From: Mobula hypostoma
Taxonomy: Eukaryota
Assembly (NCBI RefSeq): GCF_963921235.1
Contig: NC_086097.1
Span: 58,778,001-58,842,000 of the forward strand
Length of the DNA stretch: 64,000 bases
Direction of reading: 5' to 3'
This document shows positions 1 through 12,305 of the stretch, piece by piece. The notes under the pieces are model-generated. The model did no database searches. It had not been told where the DNA came from and saw only the letters and a program-made list of their open reading frames with translations. The position numbers were made by a program, and so were the translations under genes. Position 1 is the first letter of the stretch. Every line of letters starts with the position of its first letter.

Positions 1-429
1 ATGTAGAATGGTTTTGTATTCAGGATGACCTCTACCACTCACTGCCTGGCACCTCACTACTACTACTATCCTCCAGCACCACAATTGATGGAAGATAGTT
101 AAAAAGTGAAATAGAATGTATGCTCACCAGTTGCACATTAAGTTCACCAAAATTATCTGGAATCTCCTTGTTTGTATGTCACAGCTTACCTTTATCGGCT
201 AGACCAGTTTTATGGAAGCTTGTTTATTGATGTTATGCAAATATTACCTGATAGATTTCACTGCTGGAGAATCAAAAACTTTGATTTCCTGGCAAATAAA
301 TGTTACTTTCCTTTGCAGGTCTGGATAGAATTTATTTGCTGCTATTAAAGTTTCATTCGGGTTTGTGGCAGGTTAATGAATCTCTTTTTGTTGAAATGGG
401 CTATTCTGCCGACCCAAACTGAAACATGC

Positions 430-3400
430 TTTAAGCAGACGAAGGTGCATTGCCACGACTGAAAGTGAGAGAAGTGGGGAGGGCTCCAAGTCATGGCTAA
501 AATGAAGCAGCAGGAAACTTCCTCTATCCGGCATCTTGTTAGTAAATGTACAGTTGCAGGAGAACATGATTGAGTACCCAAAGGCAAGGTTGCTGTATCA
601 GAGGGAAATGAGGAATTGCTGCAGTCTATGTTTCATGGAGACATGGTTCACTTTGAACACACTGGATATATCTGTAAATCCTGAGGGCTTCTCGATACAC
701 AGGATGGACTGGACTGCTGATTCGGAGAAGGCAAAAGGCGGCGATCTGTATTTCACAATAAACTCATCATGGTGCTTGGACACAGTGGTCTTGTCGCTCC
801 CAACCTGGAAGACCTAACAATTCTACTTACCATGGTGCTGACCATTCTACTTACCAAGAGAGTTCTCCTCTGTGATCCTGACAGACCACCAAAGGCTAAT
901 GTTAAGCAGGCACTCGATGTATTGAGTGCTGATATCTTCAAACAAGAAACAGCCTAACCTGATGCTTTTCAAATCATTGTTGGTGACTTTAGTCAGGCTT
1001 TCTTGAAGAAATATTTGCCCAATTATCATCAACATAACACCTGCAGTACCAGGGGTCTCAACACACTTGACAACTCGACCACACTCGACTGAGATGAGGA
1101 ATGTCTACCATACCATGCCTAGACAGTTTCTCATGAAATCTTGGCTGCCCTCTTTCTACCTACATACAGGCAAGAATACAGAGATAAGGACAACAAAGAG
1201 ATGGTCATGGGAGGCAGAGGAGCAGTTATGGGATTGCTTCAAGTTGGTGCACTGGGCCATGTACAAGGACTAATCAGAGGATCTGAACTAATACACCATG
1301 GTTGTCACAGACTTTATAAAAACAATTGTAGAGATATGTGGTCCCTCACAAATCATTCAGAATCTTTCCCATCCAGAAGTTCTAGATGAACCATGAGATC
1401 CACAATCCGCTGAGGGCTAGTTCGGTGGTGTTCATGTCTTGTGACCAAGTAAAATACAAGAAGTCCAGGAACAACCTCCAGAAAGCCATCTCACCTGTGA
1501 TTTGCCATGTCTGGACTAAACCTGAATGACAGAAAGATGCTTGCCAGGCATGTCAGGGCTTGAATAATATGACTCCTACAAAGGGAAACCAGGTGGCATA
1601 GGCTTTGATCCCAGATGAGCCTAATGCCTTTTATGCTCGCTTTGGCCATCAAAACATGGAGTCATCTTCATTAATTTCCACAGACTCTGATGACCCCTCT
1701 GATTTCAATCTCTGAGGCCAGTGTGAGAGTATCCTTCATGAGCATTAACCCACTGCTCAGACAGGCTACCTGTGCTGATCGACTGGCCAGAGTGTTCACT
1801 GAGATCTTTAGCCTCCTGCTTCGGCAGTCTGAGGTACCCACCTGTTTCAAGCAGGCTTCAATTATTTCAGTGCCTAAGAAGAATATGGTAACCTGCCTCA
1901 ATAACTATTGTCCAGTAGCACTTAACATTTGACAGTAATGAAGTGCTTTGAGAGGTTGGTGATGGAACATATCATCTCCTGCCTGGATCCAGTTCCAATA
2001 TGCCTACCTTCACAACAAGTCAACAGCAGATGCTATTTTATTGATTCTTCACTCAACCCTGGACATTTGGACAGCGAAGATGCATACATCAGGATGCTCT
2101 TCATTGAATACAGGTTGACATTCAGTACTATCATCCCTTCAAAACTAATGAATAAGCTTCAAGACCTTGGCCTCAGTAACTCTTTAAGCAACTGCATCCT
2201 TGATTTCCTCACTTGCTGACGACAGTCAGTTCAGATTGGCAACAGTATCTCCTCTACAATCACCATCAGCACAGGTACACCACAAACCTGAATACTTAGC
2301 CTCCCGCTCTGCTTGCTTTATATTTATGACTGTGGGGCTAAGCACAGCTCTAATGCCATATTTAAATTTGCTTATGACATAAATGTTGTTAGATGAATCA
2401 AAGGTGGTGATGGATCAGCATACAGGAAGAAGATTAAAAATCTGGCCGAGTGGTGAACAACAGCAACTTCTCACTCTATGTCAGCAAGACCGAGAAGCTG
2501 ATTATTGTCTTCAGGAGGAGGAAACTGGAGGTCCATGAGCCAATACTCATTGGAGGATCAGAGGTGGAGAGGATTAGCAGTTTTAAATTCCTCAGTGTTA
2601 CCATTTCAGAGTGATATAAATGCCACTATGAAAAAAGCACAGCAGTGCCTCTACTTTCTTAGAAGTTTGTGAAGATTCAGCATGTCAACTTTGAAAACTT
2701 CTATCAAACCAAATCAAGTTTAATTATCGTTCAAACCATACAGGGATACAACTGGATGAGACAGTGTTCCTTTGCAGCCAAGGTACAAAAACATATGCAC
2801 ACATTGAAAATAATGAGAGAGAGGAAAAAATACATAATCACACAAGAAACCATAGTTTTAGTCCAAGACACTGAGCAACAAGTCCCACAAATTGATGGTT
2901 TCTGGCAGTCCAGCTTGTAATTCCACCCATCCAATACAGGAAAGCAGCACCAATGCGAGAAGCTACTGCCAACTGAGCATGGATTCTTCGCTACACCGCC
3001 TCCAGTGTCTCCCCCTCACCTGGACTACAGCAGCAGGCAAACCCACGGCTTGAGGCCTAATCCTCGCTACAACAGAGCTCACACTGCTGCCTCACCTCCT
3101 GTCTCATTGCCAAACAAGGGAAACAGGACTGCACCAATCAATGTCCAACAGGGTCTTTCAATCACAATAAAAATGTCCAAGACCATCACTCACTGTTTCT
3201 CTGCATGCCACCTTCACACACCAATGCCACTGACTTCGAGTAGCAGACAGCAGCACAGTCTCCCAGGTCATCTCCTTCAAACCTATCCAGCTCCTCCTGT
3301 GGCCCAGTGGCTCGACTCTCCTGTTGTGGCCTGGTGGCCTGACTCTCCTCCCAAGGCCTGAAGACTGGCTTCCCTTTCTCTGAACCACCGGCTGATCCTA

Positions 3401-3733
3401 CGATACCCCGGCTGGCTACTCTGAACAATGAGTAGCTCACTGTTGCAGTAGACCTGCTGTACTCATAATTATTGGAGTCCAGTATAGACTTATGATTAAA
3501 AAACAAAGAGAGAAAGCACCTTTGGCCGGCCCCTGAGAGGCCACTGTGTCTACATGTGCTGCCATCTTAGCAGAAGTAAGATAGAAATATGGTGGAGAAC
3601 ATAATGACTGGTTGCATCATCGCCTGGTATGGAAATACCAATACCCTTGAATGGAGTAGCCTACAAAATGTGGTGGATATGGTTCCATCTATCATGGGTA
3701 AAGCCCTCCCCACTACTGAGCACATCTACATGA
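430..3733 (+). mobile_element. Degenerate Rex1/Babar-type LINE (APE endonuclease + RT), interrupted at 2705-3580
   Basis: ORF fragments LVNVQ..ENMIE..CFMETW..GFSIHRMD (endonuclease), TCADRLARVFTEIF..PTCFKQASIISVPKK..PVAL, VMKCFERLV..YIRMLFI. After the insert it resumes with VENIMTGCIIAWYGN. Many stops and frameshifts. Confidence 0.85.
2705..3580 (-). mobile_element. Non-coding (non-autonomous) retroposon inserted antisense into Rex1
   Basis: Rex1 sequence breaks at aacttctat| and resumes at |atagaaatatggtgg. On the minus strand the insert begins near AAGATGGC (3561-3568) and ends in an aattaaacttgatttggtttg tail. Confidence 0.65.
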
Positions 3734-4984
3734 ATTTCCTGCACGGTTATGGTTTATGTTCAAGCAGGGCCCCTTTAAGTTTTATGTAAATGTGCTGCAG
3801 AAAATCATACCTTCAACAATGAATATCTTGGAAGTGGTAGCCAATGATGAAGTCCTTCACATAACATGAAGTGCCATATTTACAATTGAAATTGGAGGAT
3901 GTGGTGCATGAGATGTGGTACCACTTGTCCCTATGTTGGGGTTCACATTCCTTTGAGAAGATATTGCATAAATTTTACTGTTAAATTTCACCTCCATTAT
4001 TTTCAGCTTTCTGAAATGACAGTGCACAATTGTATATAAAAACTGGTACACAGAGAAACTAACTGGCCTGTAATTTAATTGTAGCATTCAGAATCAAGTT
4101 TACAAATTAGTGCAGGTTTATGATGTCATTGAAACTCGTTGGCTAAATGACATTGATTAAGATCCATTATTCATTACTAACCATCAAGAAATCTGTAATT
4201 ATCACAATGGTACTGAAATGTTTGTTTGGTATAATTTCTAATTATGAAAACATTATCCATTGAACACATTGGAACATCATTTAACAAAGATTAATATATT
4301 CATGTTCTATAAATAGTGTGTTTCTATATTGATATTTGACTGGAAATCAGCTGTGTTCCAGGAAAAGTAAACATTTGCTTTAACTTGTACTTGAATTACT
4401 GCTGGACCTTCACTGGAATATGCTTTGCAGATGATTCTCACAAAGAAACAATATTGCATGGTATGGACAAATCTGAGTGTTTACAAGCACTTTCATGCAT
4501 AAATGTTGAGGAGATGCTGCATTACAATATCCTTGAAATGTTCCAAACTCCCACAGCCCTTCTGATGAAAGTCCTGGACCTGAAGCATTCTATATTGTTG
4601 CTGACCAACTGAGTGTTTTAAGTATTTGCTATATTTTGTGAGATGAAAGCTCTAGAGCAACACAGATTATGACATTTTGGTTCTAGTGCTGATGAATAGA
4701 ACCCCAGAACTCATTGCCGTGCTGTTCTAGCCAAGCTACTCCAATACAGTTACAATATTGGAAACTTCTTGATAACATAAAAAAATGCTCATATGACAAC
4801 AGAACAAATTTATTCCAACCAACAATCAGCTCACACATCTGATTTCAGCATCCCCCAAAACCAATAACAAGTGCAGCAGATATTTGTGAGCACCCTAACT
4901 TGTGGATACCTCTCCAAGCTACATTATTCCTGCTCCAGTACGTATTGGGTTAAGTACTAAAACATGTTACTCAGAAGCATTGAG

Positions 4985-5115
4985 AAAATATCTTTATCAA
5001 AGGTCTGCTGCAGTCCACAGGGTCTTTTTACCACTTCTCAAGGGCAATTATAAAAATGGACAACAAGTGCCGGGTCTGACAGTAATGCCCAAAACTCCAG
5101 AGAGAGTAAAAATAC
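4985..5115 (+). repeat. 3' tail fragment of a CR1-group LINE or SINE
   Basis: ccacttctcaagggcaatta..ggacaacaagtgccgggtctgacagtaatgccca..gtaaaaa resembles the common chondrichthyan LINE/SINE 3' end. Confidence 0.5.
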
Positions 5116-5914
5116 CACATATTTTAAGCTTCATTCCCTTAAGTATCTATGATCAGAATATTGCCATTTCATTTCCATTCCTTATGTCTATTCTTGAGTC
5201 AGTGTCTGGTGAGAAAGTGGTGATTTTCTATCACCATTTGCTATCATGTCCCAACAATATGGTAAACAATGATGTTAGTCTTGTCAGTCCAGATTAGATT
5301 TGGCTCAGGTTCAATAGATATTAGATTTGTTATAACTAGCTATAAGTACCCATTTCTGCACTATCCACTTTCAAACACTATAGGTCAGGAGAATGAAAGA
5401 AAGAATAAAATTAATCTATCCTTTCTGGGAAAATAAAGTCTCTTGACAGATCAATGAGTTTACACTTGGAATATAAAAATTCGGTTTTATCGTTAAAGGT
5501 CAGAAATAAGGTAAAGAGTCATCATAATGATATTGCGGAGAGGTCTTAATGACATTTTAGGCCAGAGGCCAGAAAGATTTCATCAATATATGCAAATTTT
5601 CTGCACAGCTTACAACTATTTATAGGCTAGTCATATTTCTGGTGAATAAAATAATTCTAATGCAATGAATCTTTACTTTGGCATTGTTAATAGCTCTTCA
5701 ACTAGTTATTATTCAGAAACTGCAGACATTGTATTGTGTTCTTAGTTATTGCTTAGGCAGCTATTCAAAAATTTTCAGGTCCTCAAAAATCCTTGGCTCA
5801 GGCAGTAAGTTTACTGTTATTACTTATTTGCGTTATTGTCGTGTGGATGAAAAGTTCAGGGTTCTGATTTCAATATTACAAAAGGACTTCAAGATGTGAT
5901 TGCATATCAGATTG

Positions 5915-8597
5915 ATTCATAGAAAAATACAAAATGGACACAGGCCCTTTGAGTCCATGCTGACAATGATGCCCACTCAGATAGTCCTAATTTTTTCATG
6001 TCCCTCTAAACTCACTCCTAATCGAGCCTATCCAAGTGCTTCTTAAATGATACAATTGTACCTCCCCACTTCTAGCAGCTCTTTCCACATACTCACCTCC
6101 TTCTACATGAAAAATCTGCCCCTCGTGTCCCTTTTAAATGTTTCGCCTCTCACCCTAAATCTATACTCCCTAGTTTTGGACTTCTCTACCCTGGGGAAAA
6201 GATGTTCACCTTATCCATACCTCTCAGAACTTTAAACATTTCCATAAGGTCCCCACTCATTCTCTGAAATTCCAAGGAATAAAGACTTAGCCTGGCCAGC
6301 TCTCCCTATAACTCAGACTCTCTGGTCCTTGCAAATCTTTCCTGCATTCTCTCTATTTTAACCATGCCTTTTCTCTAACAGGATGACCAAACCTATACAC
6401 AGTACTTCAAGTGGAGCCCCACCAAGAGCTTACTCAACTGCAACCAAATATCCCAATTCCTGTACTTACTGCCCTGAGTGATGAAGGCCTGTGTATTAAA
6501 TGCCTTTTTCACCAATCTGTCTATGTGTGATGCCGCCTTCAAGAGATAAGCATGTGTACTCCTAAGTCTCGTTATGCCATTACATTCATACAGAGGTTTC
6601 AGTGACTTTGAAGTCTTGTCAGTAGGCATTGAGGTCTGGACAGGCAGGAAGTGGAAGGCCCAGGATGCAGATGGCTGCGGCACAGGGATCTGGTAGGGAC
6701 AGTGGCGTCTGGTCACGTGGGTCTGGGCTGCTTCCCTTCAGCCCTTTTCGAAAGGGCCCAGGGTAGGGACATAAAACAAAGTGGCCCAGGAAGAGGTGCG
6801 AGCAGCTGTCAAGGAAGCCTGTACCACCAGGATGGCAGGAATGGGGCAGCCGGGAGCATGAACAAGGTAGGAGGGTGCGCTGAAGTGGAAGATCTCCTGA
6901 TCCAATACCTGGCAGGCAGAACACCAGTGCATCAAATTCATGATCCAGGCTGCGTATGATGTCCTGCCTAATCCATCAACACATTTTGCCTGGCGCATAT
7001 GCAAGGCACCATCATGTCCTCTCTGCCTGGCAGCAGAACCCTGAAACACATCCTCAGCAGCTGGTCTAAAGCCCTGGGAGAAGGCCTCTACTGCTGGTGC
7101 CATGGTCAGGTTCTGAAAGCAGCGGCAGGCAGTATCTCCTCGGCTAGTAAACACCTCGGCACCAGTAAACACCTCTGCCAAACCAGAAAGCCCACAGCCT
7201 CTGTCAAAGCTGGAGACCAGCCACAGCCTCAGCCCAGATCACCAGCGGGCTTGTTCGCCACAGCGTCTGATAGGCGACTGAAAGTTGATCTTGGCAAACT
7301 TCATTACATCATCATCACTGAGGCCTGACATGGTCATTTTGTCAGAAACCTCAAAGCAGGTGGTCACGATAGAACTGACAGTGCCTTGGGAAGACAGGGA
7401 GGATTCGAGTGTAAGATAGCCAAATACCAGGAGCTGGTAGAGCAGTGCCAGATACAAGGATGGAGAGCAAGATGCGAGCCTATAGAGGTGGGGTGCAGTG
7501 GTTTTTCTGGCTGTCTTCTCTGAAGAATCTGCTCTCTCCTTGGCACTATGGGGGTTGCAAATAGAAGAGCCATCAAGATGATCACAGAGGCTAATGAGTG
7601 AGCCTCTGGATGGCTATGGATATAGAGGTGTGACCTGTGCACTAATGCTGCTGGGATACAAGCCAGGGTCTGATCAGTCCTGTCTGGGTCACCTGGTCAA
7701 GAGTGTCCAATGTTGAAAGACCTGAAACACCTGATGACCCCAGGTTACATCACTGATGATGTGTCCGGGTGCATCCTAGGATGTATCTTAGCATCATTGT
7801 ACAGGCCCTAAGCTAGTTTGACTTCCAAAATTCATCATGTCACATGTATCTGTATTGAAATCCATTTCCCACTCCTCACTCAATTCCCTAACAGGTCCGC
7901 ATCTCCTTGTAGTCCTCGATAATTAACAACACTCTTAATTTTGTGTTGCATGCAAATTTACTAATCAAACCTTATGCATTTGCATCCAAATCATTTCTAT
8001 AAAAAAAAACAAACAACAGGGGTACTTGCATCAACACCTGAACTACAACCAGTCAATAGCTTCCATTCTGAGAAACAACCTTCATCGACCAGTCTCTGCT
8101 TGATACCTCTGAGCGAATTTTTAATCCACCTAACTAACTCTTTGGATCCTATGGGACATAAGCTTCCAACCAGATTACCATGCACGATCTTATCGAAGGC
8201 CTTGCTAAAATCCAACTTGGCAACACCCACTGCCCTATCCTTATCTACTATTTTAGTTATATCTTTGGAAAACTCTGAAATGCTTGTGAAGCATGACCCC
8301 CCTCACACTAAGGCATACTGATTCCCACTAATCAGACCCTGTCTATCTTAAGTTCTAGTAGATCCTGTCCCTCAGAATTCTCTCTAGTAACTTCCACACT
8401 ACTGATGTCAGGCTGACTGGTCTGTAATTCCCTGACTTGTCCATGCTACCTTAAACTGTGGAACAACATTAGCCATCATTCGGTCTTTGGTAACTTCACC
8501 TGTAGATAACGACGAAGCAAATATCTCTACAAGAACTTGAGCAGTTTTCTCTCCAGCCTCCTACAAGGTCTGAGGACGTACACAGTCAGGCCCTGGG
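5915..8597 (-). mobile_element. Degenerate CR1 LINE, 3' half, interrupted by a HERO-like insert
   Basis: Minus-strand fragments LDFSKAFDKIVHG..WIKN..QRLVDEGCFSEW and LVKKAF..LVGLHLKYCV; CR1-type 3' end near 5920. Confidence 0.85.
6589..7793 (+). mobile_element. HERO-like non-LTR retrotransposon 3' fragment (restriction-like endonuclease type)
   Basis: Broken translation gives GIEVWTGRKWKA, LRHRDLVGTVASGHVGLG, IKFMIQAAYDVLP, TLKHILSS..LGEGLYCW.H.QVLK, PDMVILSETSKQV, ELTVPWEDR, AKYQELVE and EPIEVGC, i.e. a PD-(D/E)xK endonuclease region followed by a 3'UTR. Confidence 0.8.
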
Positions 8598-9023
8598 CAA
8601 AATTATGAACTAGCTCTCAGTGTAAACCGCACACAGGATATCAGATCTGAAGAGTATGTCTAAACCTATGATACTTCACCAGGTATTCTTAGGTATGTGA
8701 TGAAGTCAGTTGAAAAGTTTTAATTGAATTTTACCTTTGAACTTCCAGAAATCTGGGAGGCTTTTTAAAATTCATTTATGTGACATGGGCATGGCTGGGG
8801 CCTTCAACATACTCAGCAGTAGGAAGAGAATGATGAATGGTTGTCTTTCACTTCATCCTGGTTGAGCTGGAAGGAGCAATTCAATACAGAGTCACAGGGC
8901 AGAATGGAATTTAATGGACAGCACAATCAGAGTCCTCAGGATGTGTTTCAACTACTCTAGGATTGCTTTGCATCACTATTAAAGCTATAGGATCCTCACA
9001 AGTATCTTACTGTACAGTCTAAG

Positions 9024-10269
9024 TGTTGCAAAGGGGTATTGGGAACGGACCCAAATGCAAGACCCAGACATTGAAGTACTAGGAACAGGACTAGGTTTAT
9101 CAAGAAAACAAGGGGAGTTAGGAAGAAACGACGCTGGACATGGACACAGGTCCTGGACAAAACAAGGACACCTGGGCCTGGACTAGGACTAAGACGAGGA
9201 AAGCGGGGCCAGGACAAGGAACTTGGAGGTAGGAGCCTGGGCTAGGACTCCAAGCCAGAGACAGGACAGGGAACTGGAACCTAGGTCTTGACTCTGGCTC
9301 GGACTCTGGATCTAGGCGAGGACAAGACGTGGCTACAGGACTGGACATGGAACTCCTGCACAGGACAAGACACATGGACAGGATGAGAACACAAAGCCTT
9401 GACTTGGACCGGATGAGGTTCTTGGATGTGGCTTGGACTGGACGAGGGAACTCCAGCACTAGGCTGGGCGAGGTACTCCTGGGCTGGGCGAAGAATCTCC
9501 AGCACAGGACGTGGCTCTTGAACTAGATTTGGCTTGGCTCTTGGACTCAGCTTGGTTAGGCTCTTGGGTACGGAGCCGGGACTCCTCCTTGGAGTGCGGG
9601 GCCAGGACCCTTCCTAGGATGCAGGGCTGGGATGTTTTCGCAGGTCGGGGCCCTTTCTTGGACACAGGGCCGGGATGACTGCCGAGGTAAACTGCCGAGG
9701 GACTCCTGGACTAGATGAGAACACGAAGCTTTGTCTTGGACAGGACTGGAACACGGCGCCTGGAACTTGGAAAACAGGACACAGAGCCGGGACCCCTCCT
9801 AGGGAACAGGACTTAGGACCAGGGCTTTACACAAAGTCGGGACCCCTCCTTGGGAACAGGACGTAGGGCCGGGACTCGTACACGGAACACAAAGCCAGAA
9901 CCCCTCCTTGGGAACAGGACTTAGAGCCAGGACTCTTCTTTGACACGGACACTAAACACAGGGACACAAAGAGATAGTTTCACACTCAACGATAGATAGT
10001 TCCTTATCTTGGCGTGGCAAGGCTCCAGTCACACTCCAGCGGTTGAACTTGACGGGGATGCAGGCGAGGCTTCAGAAGGAAGGGAAGGGAACAGTCCAGA
10101 GACCAATCCCTGGTTTGCAGAGGTATTTATGTGCCAGCCCGAAATGAGAATCAGGTGCCTCAATTAAGGGACCCAACAGAACAAGGGAGAAAACAGGGAA
10201 AACCCAGAACAAGGATCGATGGACCGGACTGTGAACCGGAATGTGGACTTCACGGACCGGACCATGACA
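9024..10269 (-). mobile_element. Solo LTR (Gypsy-type), 1246 bp
   Basis: TGT...ACA termini; perfect 5-bp TSD CTAAG (9019-9023 and 10270-10274); gcatttgggtcc near the minus-strand 3' end; no coding domains. Confidence 0.85.
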
Positions 10270-10887
10270 CTAAGGTCCTGAACAGAAGGGCAGTTCAAGA
10301 GCATCAAGACATTTCCCACATTTACATTATTAAGGATAAGTGATGTTACCATTATGATGATGAATGTTTGCATCAGCTGGGAGCCTCACTATCTCTTCCT
10401 GACATTCAGTATTATTAATATTGCTCAATCTCTCACCAGCAAATTCCTGAACTTCACTGGAGATTTAAGGAGCTTCTGATCAAGGTGGTGCTGAGCTGCA
10501 ATATTTGTCATCGCCGTGGCTCAGATGTAGGTGTTTTTAGGTTCATAGGGATGGTTTTGGGGACAGAACAAGGTTTTAGGAGACAGGAATGAGAGGGAAT
10601 TAGAGATCAGTGGCAGTCAATGAGGAATCAGGTGCAGGAGCTGGTGGATGGAATTCAAGTTGGAGTGTTCTCTTGTCCAAGGCCAGCAATCCCTTTGGAT
10701 GGATAATAGGTCAGCAAGTACTCAGGACTTGTGATTCCCATGGTCAATGACTGACAATGGTTGGCCCTGAGGATGAGAGATGGTGATGGCCCCCCTCCCC
10801 CAGGTCAGCGAGTCTGCTCAGGTCATTGAGTCCCAGGTCGGAGGTCCGTGTGTGCAGGAGCCACAAGGGCAGGTAGTCTTCCCTAGG

Positions 10888-11136
10888 TCAGCAAGTACCA
10901 GGGCAAAGCCTGTATGAGTCTGGAGGTTAAAGCCCTGTGACTAATGAGTACTGAGGTTGATATCCCGAAGTTGTTGAACGCTAGCCGTCAAAGCTAAAGT
11001 CCAGAGATCAGCAAGTACCAGGGCAAAGCCTGGATGAGTCTGGAGCTTAAAGTCCTGTGATTGATTAGTCCTGGGGTTGATACCCCGAAGCTGGTGAACT
11101 CTAGACATCAAAGCTAAAGTCCAGAGATCAGCAAGT
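10888..11136. repeat. Tandem duplication, 120-bp unit, about 2.1 copies
   Basis: tcagcaagt recurs at 10888, 11008 and 11128; the two full units align along their length. Confidence 0.9.
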
Positions 11137-11329
11137 CAAGTGGTTGAAGACTAAAGATCAAAAACCAAAATCAGTGAGTTTGAAGTTTGCAGTCCAAATA
11201 TCAAAACCCCTTTGTCATTGTGTCTGGAAATCAGAGGTCTTCAAGTCTGGGCTAGGGACTGTAGTTGGAGTCCCAATGTCTGAGAGAGAGTCTGGGACCA
11301 AGGAATGGTGATCAAAGGCCCAGAGACAG

Positions 11330-11600
11330 CCTGTCTTGGTGTTGGAGGCCTGTCTGCGTGTGTGAGTGTGGGTAATAGGTGGTGGTGGGGCGGAAGGAAC
11401 AGGGCTTATTTTGCTGTTGTTTCATTTTGTTGCTGCTCATAGTGGTCTGATGAACATGGTGGGGGTGCCATGTCGGTGCTGGAATCTGTGGTGACACTTA
11501 TAGGCTGCCACCACCACATCCTTAGATTGTGTTGGTTGCTAATGCAAACAATGTGTTTAACTGTATGTTCCAATTTTTCTCAAATAAGTGAATCTGAGTC
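11330..11600 (+). repeat. 3' part of a SINE-like repeat with a gaatct-type tail
   Basis: Aligns with the copy at 39243-39492 (gaacat..tgtcggtgctggaat.tgtgg.gacactt..ggctgcc...gaatctga). Confidence 0.7.
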
Positions 11601-12099
11601 TATAAATCCTACCACAACCAAACACATATTGCACAGTTTGAGATTCAACGCCTTACTTTGAGCCAATATCAGGGAACCTGAAAGACACCTCAGGGCTGCA
11701 GGATTATTTCTCTACAGTTCTAAATAGTCTAAAGAATCCTCTACTTCACTCTGCATGAAGTAACCTGCTCCTTGTCACGTCTAAGAACCACTCAGATCAG
11801 TGTTGTTGAGCGGCTCTGCAGACACAGGGACAGGGTGCCCCATGTTCTAAGGATGCTTTCTTTCTATTTCCAGAAGAATGTACTGCCTAGCAGGTCAATG
11901 ACAGCTAAATAAAACTTGTTGGGTAGACTCCAAATCGCATGACGTCCCAGTTGGAAGTACATATTCCCTTACTTATGCTCTCCATCATTCATCATAAGGA
12001 AGCTGTCAGATAAATAAAATGTTAAAGAGTTCTGTAACCACGCTTGTCAGCAAAGTGGCAGCTCATTGTTCTTTGGGGTACCTAGGAATAGACTAAATA

Positions 12100-12305
12100 A
12101 TCCTGAAAACACAAGAGACAGCAGATTCTGGAATTTGGAAAATGCTGAGGAACTCAACGAGTGAAGCAGTATCTGTGGAGGGAAATGCATTGTTATTGCT
12201 TGAGATGACAAGTCCAGATAATTAATGTTGACTGGAAACATAGCCTGCCCGTTTCTCTCCACACATACTGACCGAACTGCTGAGGTCCACCAGTATTTTG
12301 TCTGT
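12100..12305. repeat. Penelope-derived terminal repeat, inverted (reverse + forward) pair
   Basis: gaggaactcaacgagt..gcagtatctgtggaggg followed by ctccacacatactgaccgaactgctgaggtccaccag. Confidence 0.65.

Noticed and set aside
7700..7762. Hammerhead, C/D-box snoRNA or SECIS suggested by ctgatga and gaaa motifs
   Set aside because: I could not assemble the required stems in the right order; treated as LINE 3'UTR structure.
8996..9866. Cluster of overlapping ORFs
   Set aside because: All lie inside a GC-rich repetitive solo LTR and show no domain motifs.
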